DNA from: Spirochaetota bacterium
GTDB lineage: Bacteria; Spirochaetota; GWE2-31-10
DNA: 43,475 nt
Reading direction: 5' to 3'
Assembly (NCBI GenBank): GCA_022361115.1
Contig: JAKSBL010000286.1
Span: 1-43,475 of the forward strand
Shown: positions 17,712-29,216 of the stretch, piece after piece
Layout of the letters: each line of letters starts with the position of its first letter
Numbering within the stretch: position 1 is the first letter of the stretch
Made by a program: the position numbers and the translations under genes
The notes under the pieces: generated by a model
Told to the model about the DNA's origin: nothing
The model's database searches: none
The model's input: only the letters and a program-made list of their open reading frames with translations

Positions 17712-18788
17712 ATGAGTTTTTTTCTTGAATTCTTAACCAATATCAAAGAGCGGATTTTTATTTCATCAAAAGATACAGAAGTAATAAAAGCTAAAAAAAT
17801 CATCTGGTATGCTTTTTTTGGAGCAATCATTATGATTTTTATTGTATCTTATTTTTTGTTTGTTACTCTTACTTTTCAAGCCAATCACGTAAAAGTCCCT
17901 CATATCAATGGGGATAATGTTTATGTCGCTCTCAATAAACTTGCAGATAAAAATCTGGTTGCTAATGTTACTCCCCGCTACTCAGAAGAATTTGAAGAAG
18001 GAATGGTTTTTGAGCAGAAAGAAGGGCAGGGTTCTATTGTAAAAAAAGGGAGAACCATTTCGTTCTTTGTATCTTTAGGTCAGCCTCAAACCTCTTTACC
18101 CGATTACAGCGGTTACTCTCTTTTTCAATTAGTGGAAGCTTTAGATAAAAAATATGTTAATGCTGAACTACCCTTTATCATTAATGCACCAATTTATGAA
18201 TTTAATGAAAGACTGGAAAAAGGCAAAATTATTCGTCAATCACCAGAAGAAGGAACTCCCATTAGTAAGGTAAAAGAAATTTCTCTCTGGGTTTCCAATG
18301 GCCCAAAAGAGGAAGGTAAAAAAATACTCAGTTCTTTTGTAAAACAGCATCTGAATGAAATCATGGCTGAGTTATCCGATTATGAGATATTTTATACACT
18401 CAATTTTACCCCTGTTAGCAGAGAAAGAAATGACTTGATTATTACCGAACAATCTATTGGTGAAGGTGCTCTGGTAGATGATATAATCAAAGAAAACAAA
18501 ACCCTGACCTTAGCAGTTAATAAATATGTAAAGAAGCCGGAGGAAAATGAGGTTTCCAATGTTTTTATATATGATTTACCTGAAAAACCAATTCCCTATG
18601 ATTTTGTGGTAAAAGTTACAGATGCAGAGGCATTGGAAGAAACTTTACTAGCCATTCAAACAAAAGGAAATATCTCTCTTTCTATTCCTTATACAGCTCC
18701 AAAGTTTTCAAAAATTATGGTTCATATTGATGATGAGAAAGTGAAGGAAGAAGAAGTTGTTGCCAGAGAAGTTGAAGCAACAAATTAA
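17712..18788 (+). CDS. Membrane-anchored PASTA domain protein (no kinase or PBP domain)
   Basis: One TM helix followed by PASTA-like repeats (KVPHING...EGMVFEQ...VKKGRTISFFVSLG; KGKIIRQSPEEG...LWVSNG). Confidence 0.85.
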   Translation: MSFFLEFLTNIKERIFISSKDTEVIKAKKIIWYAFFGAIIMIFIVSYFLFVTLTFQANHVKVPHINGDNVYVALNKLADKNLVANVTPRYSEEFEEGMVFEQKEGQGSIVKKGRTISFFVSLGQPQTSLPDYSGYSLFQLVEALDKKYVNAELPFIINAPIYEFNERLEKGKIIRQSPEEGTPISKVKEISLWVSNGPKEEGKKILSSFVKQHLNEIMAELSDYEIFYTLNFTPVSRERNDLIITEQSIGEGALVDDIIKENKTLTLAVNKYVKKPEENEVSNVFIYDLPEKPIPYDFVVKVTDAEALEETLLAIQTKGNISLSIPYTAPKFSKIMVHIDDEKVKEEEVVAREVEATN

Positions 18789-18863
18789 TTTTTCATCTGC
18801 TATTTTTTTGATAAGTATAGATTTTTTTAGTTTATTCCGATAAAGTAGTAAACAAACTATTAT

Positions 18864-20555
18864 TTGGGAAAACTAATTTTGCTTAGTATTCGTTTTAAAC
18901 TACTATTAGTGGTAATCCCTCTATTAACCGTAAGCTTGATTCTCCTCACTATCTTATCGATTGGATTTGCCCGTACTGGTATTACTAAAGTTGCTACAGA
19001 GTTTTTAGGCTATAAAATGAATGAAATTGTTCAAAAAGCTACCAATGAGATGGAAAACCTGGATAGCATTAATTTTGAAATTGAAGGTGCTGGGTCCAGA
19101 GTAACCTTTGTTGAAGAAATTAAAAACTCTATTAGCCTTTATGCTGCCAGTATTACCAAACAAAACATCGAATCTTTTATGGCAATAGACTCTAATGGTG
19201 TGGTTAAACTTTCCACAGACTCTCTAATCAAAGTAGATACTCAAGTCGATTTTTTTGATGTTATCAAGTCTAGTGAAAGCAATTGGATTAAATTTAAGAG
19301 TAATGGCATCGAAAGGGTAGGATTTAAAAAATATTTTGAAGAATGGGATTACTTTTTTTTATTGTCTGTTTTTGCTCCCATGTTTTATAAAGATGCTAAT
19401 ATCATTGTAAATTCCTCTTTGTTTATGCTGATTGTCAGTATTGTAGTTATGGGGTTGATTTTGTTTTTTACCATTAATTATATTCTTAAACCCTTAAAAA
19501 ATATTGTATCAGCCATGAACGAGATTATTAGAATGAATGATTTTTCCAACCGGGTGGAAGTTCAATTTAATGATGAAATTGGTGAAATGGCCTTTACTTT
19601 TAACAATATGTTGACTGAGCTGGAAGGTGCATATAACACGATTAAAGAGTATGCTTATCAATCGGTTTTAGCTCAAAAAAAAGAGGAACGGATAAAACTG
19701 ATGTTTCAAAAATATGTTCCTCAGGATGTTGTAAATGAAATTGTCCATAATCCTGATTCTGCTTTAGTGGGAAAAAATGCTAATGTAACAGTTCTTTTTT
19801 CAGATATTAGAAGTTTTACAACAATATCTGAGTCAATGGAACCAGAAACATTAGTAGAATCGTTAAATCGCTATTTTACAGTTATGGTAGATATTATTTA
19901 TAAGCGAAAAGGGGTGATCGATAAGTATATTGGCGATGCTATTATGGCAATTTTTGGTGCACCCAAAGAATATGGTGATGATGTTCAGCAAGCTGTTTTA
20001 GCAGGCTTGGAAATGGTCGATAACCTGGAACGATTTAATGAACAACAGCGGAAATTAGGCCTAAAAGAGTTTAAAATTGGTATTGGAGTAAATTATGGCC
20101 CAGTAACAGTAGGAAATATCGGCACCTCTCAGAAAATGGATTATACGGTAATTGGTGATGCCGTTAACCTGGCTTCCCGTTTAGAAGGATTAACAAAAGA
20201 ATATCGGACTACTTTGATTATTTCTGAAGGAACATATATGGCAGTTAAGGACTTCTTTTATGTTCGAGAAATTGATCGTGTCAGGGTAAAAGGCAAGTTA
20301 AAGCCGGTAAAAATATTTCAACCTGCTCGAAAACTCACTCCTCAACAAAAAAAAGGGTGGAAATCCTATAATGATGGAATGAAATTCTTTTTAGAACGCC
20401 AATGGGATAATAGTGAAAAATGCTTTAAAAAAGCTATTAAATTTTTGGAAAACAATGATTACTTATCAGAATTATATTTAGAAACCATTGAAGATTATCG
20501 TCAAAATCCGCCTGATGAAGATTGGGATGGAACACGAACTATGACCCACAAATAA
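18864..20555 (+). CDS. Class III adenylate cyclase with extracytoplasmic Cache-like region and HAMP domain
   Basis: Two TM helices; HAMP (PLKNI...DEIGEMAFTFNNM); FSDIRSFT, IDKYIGDAIM and YTVIGDAVNLASRLE motifs (Lys/Thr indicate ATP specificity); TTG start uncertain. Confidence 0.92.
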   Translation: MGKLILLSIRFKLLLVVIPLLTVSLILLTILSIGFARTGITKVATEFLGYKMNEIVQKATNEMENLDSINFEIEGAGSRVTFVEEIKNSISLYAASITKQNIESFMAIDSNGVVKLSTDSLIKVDTQVDFFDVIKSSESNWIKFKSNGIERVGFKKYFEEWDYFFLLSVFAPMFYKDANIIVNSSLFMLIVSIVVMGLILFFTINYILKPLKNIVSAMNEIIRMNDFSNRVEVQFNDEIGEMAFTFNNMLTELEGAYNTIKEYAYQSVLAQKKEERIKLMFQKYVPQDVVNEIVHNPDSALVGKNANVTVLFSDIRSFTTISESMEPETLVESLNRYFTVMVDIIYKRKGVIDKYIGDAIMAIFGAPKEYGDDVQQAVLAGLEMVDNLERFNEQQRKLGLKEFKIGIGVNYGPVTVGNIGTSQKMDYTVIGDAVNLASRLEGLTKEYRTTLIISEGTYMAVKDFFYVREIDRVRVKGKLKPVKIFQPARKLTPQQKKGWKSYNDGMKFFLERQWDNSEKCFKKAIKFLENNDYLSELYLETIEDYRQNPPDEDWDGTRTMTHK

Positions 20556-20685
20556 TGAAAAATCTGGCCTGAAAAATTTAAAAACTTCCAAAAAGTGTTA
20601 AAACTTAGTGAATAAATTTATATAAATTTAATTTCAAATTTATAAGGCGTTTTTTGTAAATATATTAAAAAAAATAACAAAATAC

Positions 20686-20713
20686 TTGACTTTTTCTAAA
20701 AAATGATTAAACT
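20686..20713 (+). promoter_or_regulatory. Candidate sigma-70 promoter with no downstream ORF
   Basis: TTGACT (20686-20691)-N16-TAAACT (20708-20713), with A-tracts upstream. Confidence 0.55.
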
Positions 20714-20719
20714 ATATTG

Positions 20720-20800
20720 TAAAGAGATCTGTTATTTCAAACAGTCAAAGCGGATGGATTAGATTATTCCCCTCCCCAAATCAAAATCCGTCCGTTTTTT
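20720..20800 (+). ncRNA. Candidate ~80-nt small RNA with C-rich terminator loop
   Basis: Promoter directly upstream; hairpin CTGTT/AACAG (20729-20744); long stem AAAGCGGATGGATT/AATCCGTCCGTTTT with two G-U pairs that work only on the + strand; loop ATTCCCCTCCCCA; U-tail. Confidence 0.55.
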
Positions 20801-20855
20801 ATTTTACTGCACTATATATAATACTTTTGCTTTTATACCAGTCACTTTCTTATTT

Positions 20856-21860
20856 CTAATAAATTTTAATTTCAATTTTATCCTTTAAATCTTTTACTAG
20901 ATCTGTACGAATTTGCCTTTTTCTTTGAATTTCCTGCAATTTGAGCATAAAATCTTCTGCTTTCATTCTTGCCTCTTCTACAGAGAGTTGCTGAGGTTCT
21001 ATTTTACTGAGAACTTGAAAAATATATAATCCATATACAGTTTCAAAGACCTTTTTAATCAACCCTTTAGAATTTTTTAAAGCCGTTACTATTTCTTCAG
21101 AAAATTTTTCAGTTACTCTGGGATCATCTAATGTTAATATTCCCACAAATCCGGGAGGATTGCTATTTAAAGAAATCAAATCATCTGAATATCTGGGAAC
21201 TAATTCATCAAAAGGAACCCCTTTTTTTAAATCTTCCAAACAGACAGAGGCTTGAAGTCTTTTCTTTTCTTCTTCATATTCCCCGATTCTATTGCCATTA
21301 GCATTATAAAAAGAGAAATATATCATGGAAAGTTCAACCCCTTCTTTCTCATAACCTAATTCAGGGAATTTTTCAAGAGTTCGGGTAATATCTTCATCAC
21401 TGATAAACAAAGAAGCATTAGGACCCCGATCATAGTGATCGTTTAAAAAACGTTCTATCCAGAGGCTTTTTTTTATGTTTGCTTTATAGGTGGTCATGGA
21501 AAGGTTATTATTCAAAATAATGGAAATAAATTCTTCATCTGATAAATCTTGGTTTTTTCCTTTATATTTCAAACTAAGTATTTTTTTTTCTTTAGTAACT
21601 TGATTCTCAATATCTTCAATAGTAGGTTCATCAATATAAATAGTTGCACCAACATAGAGTAATTCCTCTTCCAGGAGGTGCTCGAATGCCTGGTCATAAC
21701 TGATCTGATAAAGTTCTGCATGCTTTTTCACAGTACTTTTAAGGATGACCTGATCAGCGACTCTAGCAGCTCTTTTGTTAAATAATAAAGTTTGGCTATA
21801 CAAAAAAAATGTATTGGCTATTATAATTAAAAATAATATTTTTTTGATCATTTCATTCAT
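20856..21860 (-). CDS. SurA/PrsA-like exported peptidyl-prolyl isomerase (parvulin type)
   Basis: Signal peptide; ARVADQVILKS SurA-N-like start; FDELVPRYSDD...GFVG...FETVYGLYIFQV rotamase-like motifs. Confidence 0.8.
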   Translation of the reverse strand: MNEMIKKILFLIIIANTFFLYSQTLLFNKRAARVADQVILKSTVKKHAELYQISYDQAFEHLLEEELLYVGATIYIDEPTIEDIENQVTKEKKILSLKYKGKNQDLSDEEFISIILNNNLSMTTYKANIKKSLWIERFLNDHYDRGPNASLFISDEDITRTLEKFPELGYEKEGVELSMIYFSFYNANGNRIGEYEEEKKRLQASVCLEDLKKGVPFDELVPRYSDDLISLNSNPPGFVGILTLDDPRVTEKFSEEIVTALKNSKGLIKKVFETVYGLYIFQVLSKIEPQQLSVEEARMKAEDFMLKLQEIQRKRQIRTDLVKDLKDKIEIKIY

Positions 21861-22063
21861 TCCATTTCTTGTAAAAATTTCTCATGTGAGATAGTAGATA
21901 TTTTATTAATGAAGTCAGTGAATAGACTCTCTGTTTAACTATTCTTATGATTAGAGCTTCTTTTACCATACCCTATCTTATTTTTCAATAAATTGCTGAT
22001 TTTTTTAATATTTTTACATTTTTAGGGTGTGATTTTAATTTCTGGTAGATATACAGGGACAAA

Positions 22064-22087
22064 GTTATTCTCGCGAAGGCGGGAATC
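22064..22087. repeat. Single degenerate REP/dRS3-like palindromic element
   Basis: GTTATTCTCGCGAAGGCGGGAATC resembles ATTCCC-N8-GGGAAT; a GC-rich island in AT-rich intergenic DNA, with a GGAATGAC remnant ~120 nt downstream. Confidence 0.5.
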
Positions 22088-22428
22088 TATGCTGACTGAT
22101 CAAAGTATCAAATTTTAATGCTCTATTGCGTGAAATTTAAATGGACTGATTAATCATTTTTTACTTCTTTTTTTAAATCTTTGACTGTTTAATATTAAAA
22201 TCTTTTGGAATGACATTTATTTTGCAGTATTTATCCGATATTAAAAGTCGGTGGAAAAATAAAATTGACTTTTTATAAAAAAATTGTTACTTTTGGATTA
22301 TAATTTTGTGAATATTTAGCTTTTATACTTATTTCCTATCTATGGCTTCTCATGATAAATATGGGTATTCTGATTATATAGATAAAGGTTATTAAAAAAG
22401 GTTAAAAGGATCAATAAAATACTTTTCT

Positions 22429-22456
22429 TTGCTACACTTTTTAGTTAATCTATAAT
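22429..22456 (+). promoter_or_regulatory. Candidate sigma-70 promoter of the tig-clpPX-lon operon
   Basis: TTGCTA (22429-22434)-N16-TATAAT (22451-22456). Confidence 0.5.
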
Positions 22457-22553
22457 TATGGTATGAAAAAATCTTTTGGTAAATTAAATTGAGTAAAATA
22501 CTCATTTTCAATATTGGGAAAACCCAAAACTTATTTAAAAAACAGGATCGAAT

Positions 22554-23906
22554 ATGCAATTAAATTTTGAGACAGAAAACAAAGAGAATTCACAGGTATT
22601 ACTAAAAATTACTGTTGACAAGGGTGAAATCAAAACTCATTATCAGGACTTTTTACAAAAAGCACAAAATGACGTGATGATCAAGGGTTTTAGAAAGGGA
22701 AAAGCTCCACTTTCAATCCTGGAAGCGAAATTTAAAAAGAACATTTTAGCAGAAGTGTCGAATAAAGTGATTGATGAAGCTTTCAAAGATATTTATGATA
22801 AGTTGGAAAGAAAGCCATTAAGTTATACAACTCCCAGAATGGAAAAATTTGAATTACCTGAATTGGAAAATGATTATACTTTTGAATTAATTTATGAAAC
22901 AGAACCAGAAGTTAAAATTGGACAATACAAAGGACTTGCTATTCCTGAAAGAAAAATCGTTAAAATCAAACCAAAAGATTTAACAGAAAATTTAACTCGT
23001 TATCAAAAACAATTTGCTACCATTGAAAAAAAAGATGGCCCGATTGGAGAAACCGACATTGTTCAGGTAGAATATAAAGCTTTTGATGGTGAAGAAGAAA
23101 TAGATACCAAAGATAACGAATATATTTATATGGACAAAGATTATGACACTTATAAATTAGCGAAAGATTTAATTGGCTTAAAAGAAGGTGAGGAAAAAGA
23201 ATTTGAGAAAAAGTTTGATAAAAAAGCTATTGAACGAATTGCCGGAAAAACCATTAAATTTAAAGTAAAAATTAAAGATGTAAAATCTGAGTTATTGCCA
23301 GAGTTAAATGATGAATTAGCACAAAAAGTTGATAAAGAGGTCAAAACTCTGGATGAACTGAAAGAAAAAGTAAAAGGCCAGTTAGAATCAGTTGCTGAAG
23401 ATATTACCAGACAAAAAATATCTGATGAAATATTAGAAAAAATCATTGAAACACTGGAAGCGGATATTCCTCAATCTATGATTGATTACCAACTAGACAG
23501 CTATGTAAAACAAGCGGCTCAGCAAATGGGTGGTGATGAAAAAAGACTGGAAATGTATTTAAAATATCAGAATAAAACCATTGATTCTTACAAAGAAGAG
23601 ATGAAAGATCAGGCAGTTAAAAATATCAAAAGCAGCTTAATTCTGAAAAAAGTAATTGATGAAGAAAAAATCGATGCTACTGAAGATGAAGTAAAAGATT
23701 ATTTAGGGAAAATTGCCGAAAAATATAAAATGAACAAAGATGAAATATATGAAAGCTATAAAAAGATGGGAACTTTAGAAATGGTAAAAAATGAAGTAAA
23801 TACCAATAAAGCCCTGGATTTTTTAATAGATAGTGCTAATGTTAAAAAAACAACGGAACTTTCTTTATCAGAATATGAAGAAAAGGAAGCAAAGGAGCAA
23901 GCATGA
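22554..23906 (+). CDS. tig: Trigger factor
   Basis: Ribosome-binding motif [10 protein letters not shown]; 450 aa; position upstream of clpP. Confidence 0.96.
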   Translation: MQLNFETENKENSQVLLKITVDKGEIKTHYQDFLQKAQNDVMIKGFRKGKAPLSILEAKFKKNILAEVSNKVIDEAFKDIYDKLERKPLSYTTPRMEKFELPELENDYTFELIYETEPEVKIGQYKGLAIPERKIVKIKPKDLTENLTRYQKQFATIEKKDGPIGETDIVQVEYKAFDGEEEIDTKDNEYIYMDKDYDTYKLAKDLIGLKEGEEKEFEKKFDKKAIERIAGKTIKFKVKIKDVKSELLPELNDELAQKVDKEVKTLDELKEKVKGQLESVAEDITRQKISDEILEKIIETLEADIPQSMIDYQLDSYVKQAAQQMGGDEKRLEMYLKYQNKTIDSYKEEMKDQAVKNIKSSLILKKVIDEEKIDATEDEVKDYLGKIAEKYKMNKDEIYESYKKMGTLEMVKNEVNTNKALDFLIDSANVKKTTELSLSEYEEKEAKEQA

Positions 23907-24541
23907 TTATCTCCACATATTCTTCAGTCTTACAGCCACAGATGAGCCATGGATATTATCTGCCCAAGATTATTGAAAAAACCAGCCGCGGAGAAGAGGT
24001 CTGGGATATTTTTTCCCGTTTACAAAAAGATCATATTATTTTTCTGGGCGGTCAGATTGATGATTGGCAGGCTGATGTTGTGATGGCGACCCTTTTATTT
24101 ATGGATAGTCAGGATCCGGATAAAGATATTTATCTTTATATTAATTCTCCTGGCGGATCTGTAACTGCAGGATTAGCAATTTATGATACCATGAAGTTTT
24201 TGTCTGCAGATGTTTGTACTATTTGTATAGGTCAGGCGGCCAGTGCAGCAGCACTTATTTTGTCCAGTGGAACCAAAGGGAAGCGATTTGCCCTTCCTCA
24301 CTCACGGATGATGATTCATCAACCCTGGGGTGGTGCTGGTGGCCAGGCTACAGATATCCAGATTCAAGCAACAGAAATCAATAGAATAAAAAAACAAATT
24401 AATAAAATCTTAGCCGAAAATACGGGAAAACCAGAATCTCAGATTGAAAAAGATATTCAAAGGGATTTCTTTTTGCCTCCTCAAGAAGCAATTGAGTATG
24501 GTTTAATTGACCGCATTATGGTAAAGGAAAACGATAAATGA
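23903..24541 (+). CDS. clpP: ATP-dependent Clp protease proteolytic subunit
   Basis: [20 protein letters not shown] and MIHQP motifs. Confidence 0.97.
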   Translation: MIISTYSSVLQPQMSHGYYLPKIIEKTSRGEEVWDIFSRLQKDHIIFLGGQIDDWQADVVMATLLFMDSQDPDKDIYLYINSPGGSVTAGLAIYDTMKFLSADVCTICIGQAASAAALILSSGTKGKRFALPHSRMMIHQPWGGAGGQATDIQIQATEINRIKKQINKILAENTGKPESQIEKDIQRDFFLPPQEAIEYGLIDRIMVKENDK

Positions 24542-25809
24542 GTTGGTACCGAGACATGGAAGTAGAAGACTTATGTTCTTTCTGTGGCCGCAATTCTGAA
24601 GAATTTGAGTTGCGGCTGGTTCGTGGTTTTAATTCAAATATCTGTAGTGATTGTATTGAAAAAGCCTATGAAGCAATCAAACAGAATAATATCAAAAAAA
24701 AGCAAAAACATACCCAGGAAGATTTACCAAAGCCTGTTGAAATTAAAGAATTTTTAGATAATTACATTATTGGTCAGGAAGATGCGAAAAAAGTCCTGTC
24801 TGTAGCAGTTTATAACCATTATAAGAGAATATCTTTTGGTGAAATCTTAAACAGTGAAGATAAATTTAAAGACCTGGAACTAGAAAAATCTAATATTTTA
24901 ATAATTGGACCTACCGGTTCTGGTAAAACTCTCTTTGCCCGGACATTAGCTAAGAAGCTAAATGTCCCCTTTGCAATTGCTGATGCTACAACATTAACTG
25001 AAGCTGGTTATGTAGGTGATGATGTGGAAAACATCTTATTAAAACTCATACAAGCTGCTGATTATGACATTGCACAGGCTGAACGGGGTATTATCTATAT
25101 TGATGAAATTGATAAAATAGCTAAAAAGAGTGAAAATGTTTCTATTACCCGGGATGTTTCCGGGGAAGGTGTACAGCAGGCTCTCTTAAAAATTATTGAA
25201 GGAACAGAAGCGACTGTACCTCCGCAAGGGGGGAGAAAACATCCTAATCAAGAACTCCTCCATATCAATACTAAAAATATACTTTTTATTTGTGGTGGTG
25301 CTTTTGTCGGACTTGATAATATTGTGGAGACCAGAGCAAATCGTAAAACTGTCGGCTTTGGGTCCGGCAATAAAAAGGGAGAGAAAAAAGATCTGGTTGA
25401 TTTATACAAAGATCTCCATCCCGAAGACCTGATTAAATATGGTCTTATTCCTGAATTTGTGGGACGATTACCAATTACCAGCTCTCTCAATTATCTAACA
25501 GAGCCAGATTTAATCCGTATTCTAAAAGAGCCTAAAAATTCCATATTAAAGCAATTTGAGTGGGCCTTGTCCATTGAGAAGGTAGAATTGGAATTTCAGG
25601 AGGAGGCTATTGTTAAAGTAGCAGAAGAGTCTCTTAAAAGGAATACAGGGGCTCGAGGTTTGCGTTCCATAATTGAACGGATTATGTTAGATGTTATGTA
25701 TGAAATTCCTTCACAAAAAGATATTAAAAAAGTGATCATTGATAAAGATGTAATTGAAAACAATAAACCTGTACATATAATAAAAAAGGGTTCTGAAAAG
25801 AGTGCATGA
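24538..25809 (+). CDS. clpX: Clp protease ATP-binding subunit
   Basis: CSFCG...ICSDC zinc finger; GPTGSGKT; GYVG pore loop; IDEIDK; RKH; VGF loop. Confidence 0.98.
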   Translation: MSWYRDMEVEDLCSFCGRNSEEFELRLVRGFNSNICSDCIEKAYEAIKQNNIKKKQKHTQEDLPKPVEIKEFLDNYIIGQEDAKKVLSVAVYNHYKRISFGEILNSEDKFKDLELEKSNILIIGPTGSGKTLFARTLAKKLNVPFAIADATTLTEAGYVGDDVENILLKLIQAADYDIAQAERGIIYIDEIDKIAKKSENVSITRDVSGEGVQQALLKIIEGTEATVPPQGGRKHPNQELLHINTKNILFICGGAFVGLDNIVETRANRKTVGFGSGNKKGEKKDLVDLYKDLHPEDLIKYGLIPEFVGRLPITSSLNYLTEPDLIRILKEPKNSILKQFEWALSIEKVELEFQEEAIVKVAEESLKRNTGARGLRSIIERIMLDVMYEIPSQKDIKKVIIDKDVIENNKPVHIIKKGSEKSA

Positions 25810-28241
25810 AAATACTAAGAGAAGTCTCATTTGATAAAAAAAACATTTTGCCATTAATTCCTTTAAGGGAAATGGTAATTTTCCCTGGTACCTATCGAAA
25901 TTTTTATGTCGGCCGGGAAGAATCAATTATTGCGGTTAATACAGCAAATAGTGATTACAATAAACTTATCTTTCTGTCTACTCAAAAAAAATCAAATATA
26001 GAAAATCCGACAAAAGATGACATTTATCCAACTGGTGTGGTTGCTAAAATTATCGAGGTAAAACCTACCAATGATAAAAGAGTGATCAAACTGTTGATTG
26101 AAGGATTGTTTCGGGCTAATATTGAAGATTTTAAGGAAGATGAAAAATTTAAAAAAGCCACTTTTTCTGAAATTACTGTTGAGGAAACCGAAGATCTGGC
26201 AGCTAAAGATGCTTTAATCAATTTGATTATTAAAGAATTTAAACGGTTTTCTGTCCTTTCTAAAGTACCTAATGATGCCATTAAAGTGATTAGTGAAGCG
26301 AAGGATGAAGAAAATCTGGTCAATTATATCATGCAGTATTTAAAAGCTAGCATTGATAAACAGATAGAAATACTGAAAGAAGAATCTTTAGAACGTCGTT
26401 TAAAGCTCATTGCAGAATTAATCTATTCTAATCTGGAAAATATTCAACTGGAAAAAAAGATTACCCAGCAAGTGAGAAAAAAAATGGAAAAATCTCAGAA
26501 AGAGTTTTTTCTTAATGAACAAATGAAAGAGATCCAGAAAGAACTGGGTACATTAAATGATGAATCTGATTTTTCTGACATAAAAGATTTTGAAAAAAAG
26601 CTGGATGACAAAGGAATTCCCGAATCGACAAAAGAAAAGTTGATAAAAGAACAAAAAAGACTGATCAAAATGTCACCCATGTCGCCTGAGGCAAGTATTA
26701 TCCGGAATTATATTGATTGGTTTATGGAACTCCCCTGGGCAGAAAAATCTCGTGATGCCGATGATTTAGCTCATGCTAAACAGATTTTAGATGAAGAACA
26801 TTATGCTTTAAGAAAAGTTAAAAATCGTATTTTAGAATTTCTGGCTGTACGGCAGTTAAATCCCCAGACAAAAGGGCCAATTTTATGCTTTGTCGGACCA
26901 CCAGGTATTGGTAAGACTTCTTTAGCCAGGTCGGTTGCTCATGCCATTGGAAGAGAATTTGTTCGTATTTCTTTAGGTGGTGTAAGAGACGAAGCTGAAA
27001 TTCGAGGCCACCGGCGAACTTATCTGGGAGCATTGCCTGGTAAAATTATTCAATCTATGCGCAAAGTAAAGTCTTGTAATCCTGTGTTTTTACTGGATGA
27101 AATTGATAAAATGAGTTCTGATTTTAGAGGAGATCCTTCTTCTGCTTTGTTAGAAGTATTAGATCCTGAACAAAATTGTCAATTTACGGATCACTATTTA
27201 GAAGTTCCTTATAATCTCAGTGAAGTTATGTTTATTGCTACTGCAAATAGTTATCAGGGTATTCCCTATCCTTTGTTAGACAGGATGGAAACTATTTATC
27301 TCAGCAGTTATACTGAACAGGAGAAATTGAACATAGCCAGAAACTTTCTGATTCCTAAAGAAAAAAAGGAAAATGGAATAGAGGATATTGAGTTACAGAT
27401 AGATAATGCTATCATTATTGAAGTCATCCGTTCTTATACCATGGAATCTGGAGTAAGGGGTTTACAAAGACAAATAGCTTCGATTTGTAGAAAAGCTGCT
27501 CGACAAATTGTTTTAAAAAAAGAGAAAAAAGATAAAATAATCGTTACCCAGAAAAATTTAACCAAATTTTTGGGGAGAAAAAAATATATCAAACCTTCCT
27601 TACATAAGTTGTTAGATGTTGGGGTTTCTCATGGTTTAGCCTGGTCAGAATTAGGCGGTTCTTTGCTGCCTATTGAAATTGTCCTTTATCCAGGTAGTGG
27701 TAAAATTAGCTTGACTGGAAAATTGGGTGAGGTGATGAAAGAATCAGCCCAGGCAGCCTTTTCTTATATCCGGGCAAATGCTTTTAAATTTGATATAAAG
27801 TGGGAAAATTTTTATAAAGAATTTGATGTTCATATCCATTTTCCGGAAGGGGCTATTCCAAAAGATGGACCTTCTGGCGGAATTGCTATTACTTGTGGCA
27901 TATTGTCTGCATTAACTCAAATTCCAATTAAATCATCCATAGCTATGACAGGTGAGATTACATTGACCGGAAGGATACTGCCGATTGGCGGATTAAAAGA
28001 AAAAACTTTAGCTGCAATCCGTCATAACAAAAAAGAAATCATTCTTCCTTTTGAAAATAAGAAAGATATTGAGGATCTCCCCCAAACTGTGAAAAAGAAG
28101 CTAATTTTTCATTTTATTCAAAAAGCAGAAGAAGCGTTTTCTTTGGTATTTGAAAAAAGTATTTACAAGGATATGGATGAAAATCAACTTGCAAATTTGA
28201 AAAACCGGGATAGCGATATTTCTCCCAATGTTGTTTTTTAA
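25806..28241 (+). CDS. lon: Lon (La) protease
   Basis: LPLIPLR N-domain; GPPGIGKT; RGHRRTY; LLDEIDK; PKDGPSGG and GGLKEK catalytic dyad motifs. Confidence 0.98.
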   Translation: MKILREVSFDKKNILPLIPLREMVIFPGTYRNFYVGREESIIAVNTANSDYNKLIFLSTQKKSNIENPTKDDIYPTGVVAKIIEVKPTNDKRVIKLLIEGLFRANIEDFKEDEKFKKATFSEITVEETEDLAAKDALINLIIKEFKRFSVLSKVPNDAIKVISEAKDEENLVNYIMQYLKASIDKQIEILKEESLERRLKLIAELIYSNLENIQLEKKITQQVRKKMEKSQKEFFLNEQMKEIQKELGTLNDESDFSDIKDFEKKLDDKGIPESTKEKLIKEQKRLIKMSPMSPEASIIRNYIDWFMELPWAEKSRDADDLAHAKQILDEEHYALRKVKNRILEFLAVRQLNPQTKGPILCFVGPPGIGKTSLARSVAHAIGREFVRISLGGVRDEAEIRGHRRTYLGALPGKIIQSMRKVKSCNPVFLLDEIDKMSSDFRGDPSSALLEVLDPEQNCQFTDHYLEVPYNLSEVMFIATANSYQGIPYPLLDRMETIYLSSYTEQEKLNIARNFLIPKEKKENGIEDIELQIDNAIIIEVIRSYTMESGVRGLQRQIASICRKAARQIVLKKEKKDKIIVTQKNLTKFLGRKKYIKPSLHKLLDVGVSHGLAWSELGGSLLPIEIVLYPGSGKISLTGKLGEVMKESAQAAFSYIRANAFKFDIKWENFYKEFDVHIHFPEGAIPKDGPSGGIAITCGILSALTQIPIKSSIAMTGEITLTGRILPIGGLKEKTLAAIRHNKKEIILPFENKKDIEDLPQTVKKKLIFHFIQKAEEAFSLVFEKSIYKDMDENQLANLKNRDSDISPNVVF

Positions 28242-28247
28242 ATATTT

Positions 28248-29216
28248 ATGACTGCTGATTTTGTTAAAATTCTTATCACCGCTCCTTTTCATGAACAAAC
28301 CCTGGATAAAATGAAAAATAATTATCAGGTTGATTATTTTCCGGAATTAGCAAAATCTGAAATTGAAAAAATTATTCATGATTATCATATTTTTGTCATC
28401 AGTACCATCCCGGAAATTGATCAAAATCTATTAAAAAAAGCACGGAATCTTCAATTAATTATCCGAATGGGCATTGGGGTCGATCATATTGATCTGGACT
28501 ATTGTTTAAAGAAACATATTAAAGTTCATATTACACCTCGTGCTAATATTTTGCCTGTAGTCGAATTAGTCATGTCTCAGCTGATTCATATCATGCGCAG
28601 ATTACAACCAGCTGAAGAGCATTTAAGAGCCGGCCAGTTTCGCAAAGCATTAACACCAGGATCGGTTTTATCTGGTAAAACCATTGGTGTGATCGGAGCA
28701 GGAAGAATTGGTAGCCGGATCTGTCAGGTTGCCCGTTTTTTTGAAATGAATGTATTAGCCTGTGATCCATATTTATCCCAAACAAAAAAAAACCATATAC
28801 CAGCCCATCAATGGGTAGATGTAAATACTATAATCCAGCAAGCTGATATTGTTACTTTCCATGTTCCGTTAACTTCAGAAACTCATCACATGGTAGATGA
28901 AGTTTTATTAGGTAACCTCAAAAAAGGGGGTGTTTTGATTAATACTGCCAGAGGAAAAATCATTGATTTAAAGGCAGTCGAGGCATTTATGCAGAAACGG
29001 CAGGATATTCATTTTATTTTTGATGTCTATGAAAATGAACCTGAAATTCCGGAATTTATGTTAAATCAGCAGGAAAACTTCACACTGACTCCACATATTG
29101 GAGCTTACTCAATCGAATCCAAACAGAAACGGAGTGAAGAGTGTTTGGAACAAATTCATGCCTATTTCTCTGGAAAAAAGGTACATGGCAGGATTGATCT
29201 AAAACGGGGATACTGA
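28248..29216 (+). CDS. D-isomer-specific 2-hydroxyacid dehydrogenase (SerA-like, no ACT domain)
   Basis: GIGVDHID, GVIGAGRIG, HVPLT, INTARG, DVYENEP and TPHIGA motifs. Confidence 0.92.
   Translation: MTADFVKILITAPFHEQTLDKMKNNYQVDYFPELAKSEIEKIIHDYHIFVISTIPEIDQNLLKKARNLQLIIRMGIGVDHIDLDYCLKKHIKVHITPRANILPVVELVMSQLIHIMRRLQPAEEHLRAGQFRKALTPGSVLSGKTIGVIGAGRIGSRICQVARFFEMNVLACDPYLSQTKKNHIPAHQWVDVNTIIQQADIVTFHVPLTSETHHMVDEVLLGNLKKGGVLINTARGKIIDLKAVEAFMQKRQDIHFIFDVYENEPEIPEFMLNQQENFTLTPHIGAYSIESKQKRSEECLEQIHAYFSGKKVHGRIDLKRGY

Noticed and set aside
22489-22505. HspR HAIR or HrcA CIRCE operator
   Set aside because: TTGAGT-N5-ACTCAT has the wrong spacing for HAIR (N7) and does not match CIRCE.
21861-22553. 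tRNA gene expected upstream of tig
   Set aside because: No cloverleaf, T-loop GTTCRA motif or GC-rich stems of tRNA size were found.
29199-29216. 18-bp convergent overlap between the dehydrogenase and Na/Pi genes as antisense regulation
   Set aside because: Short tail-to-tail overlaps are common in compact genomes.
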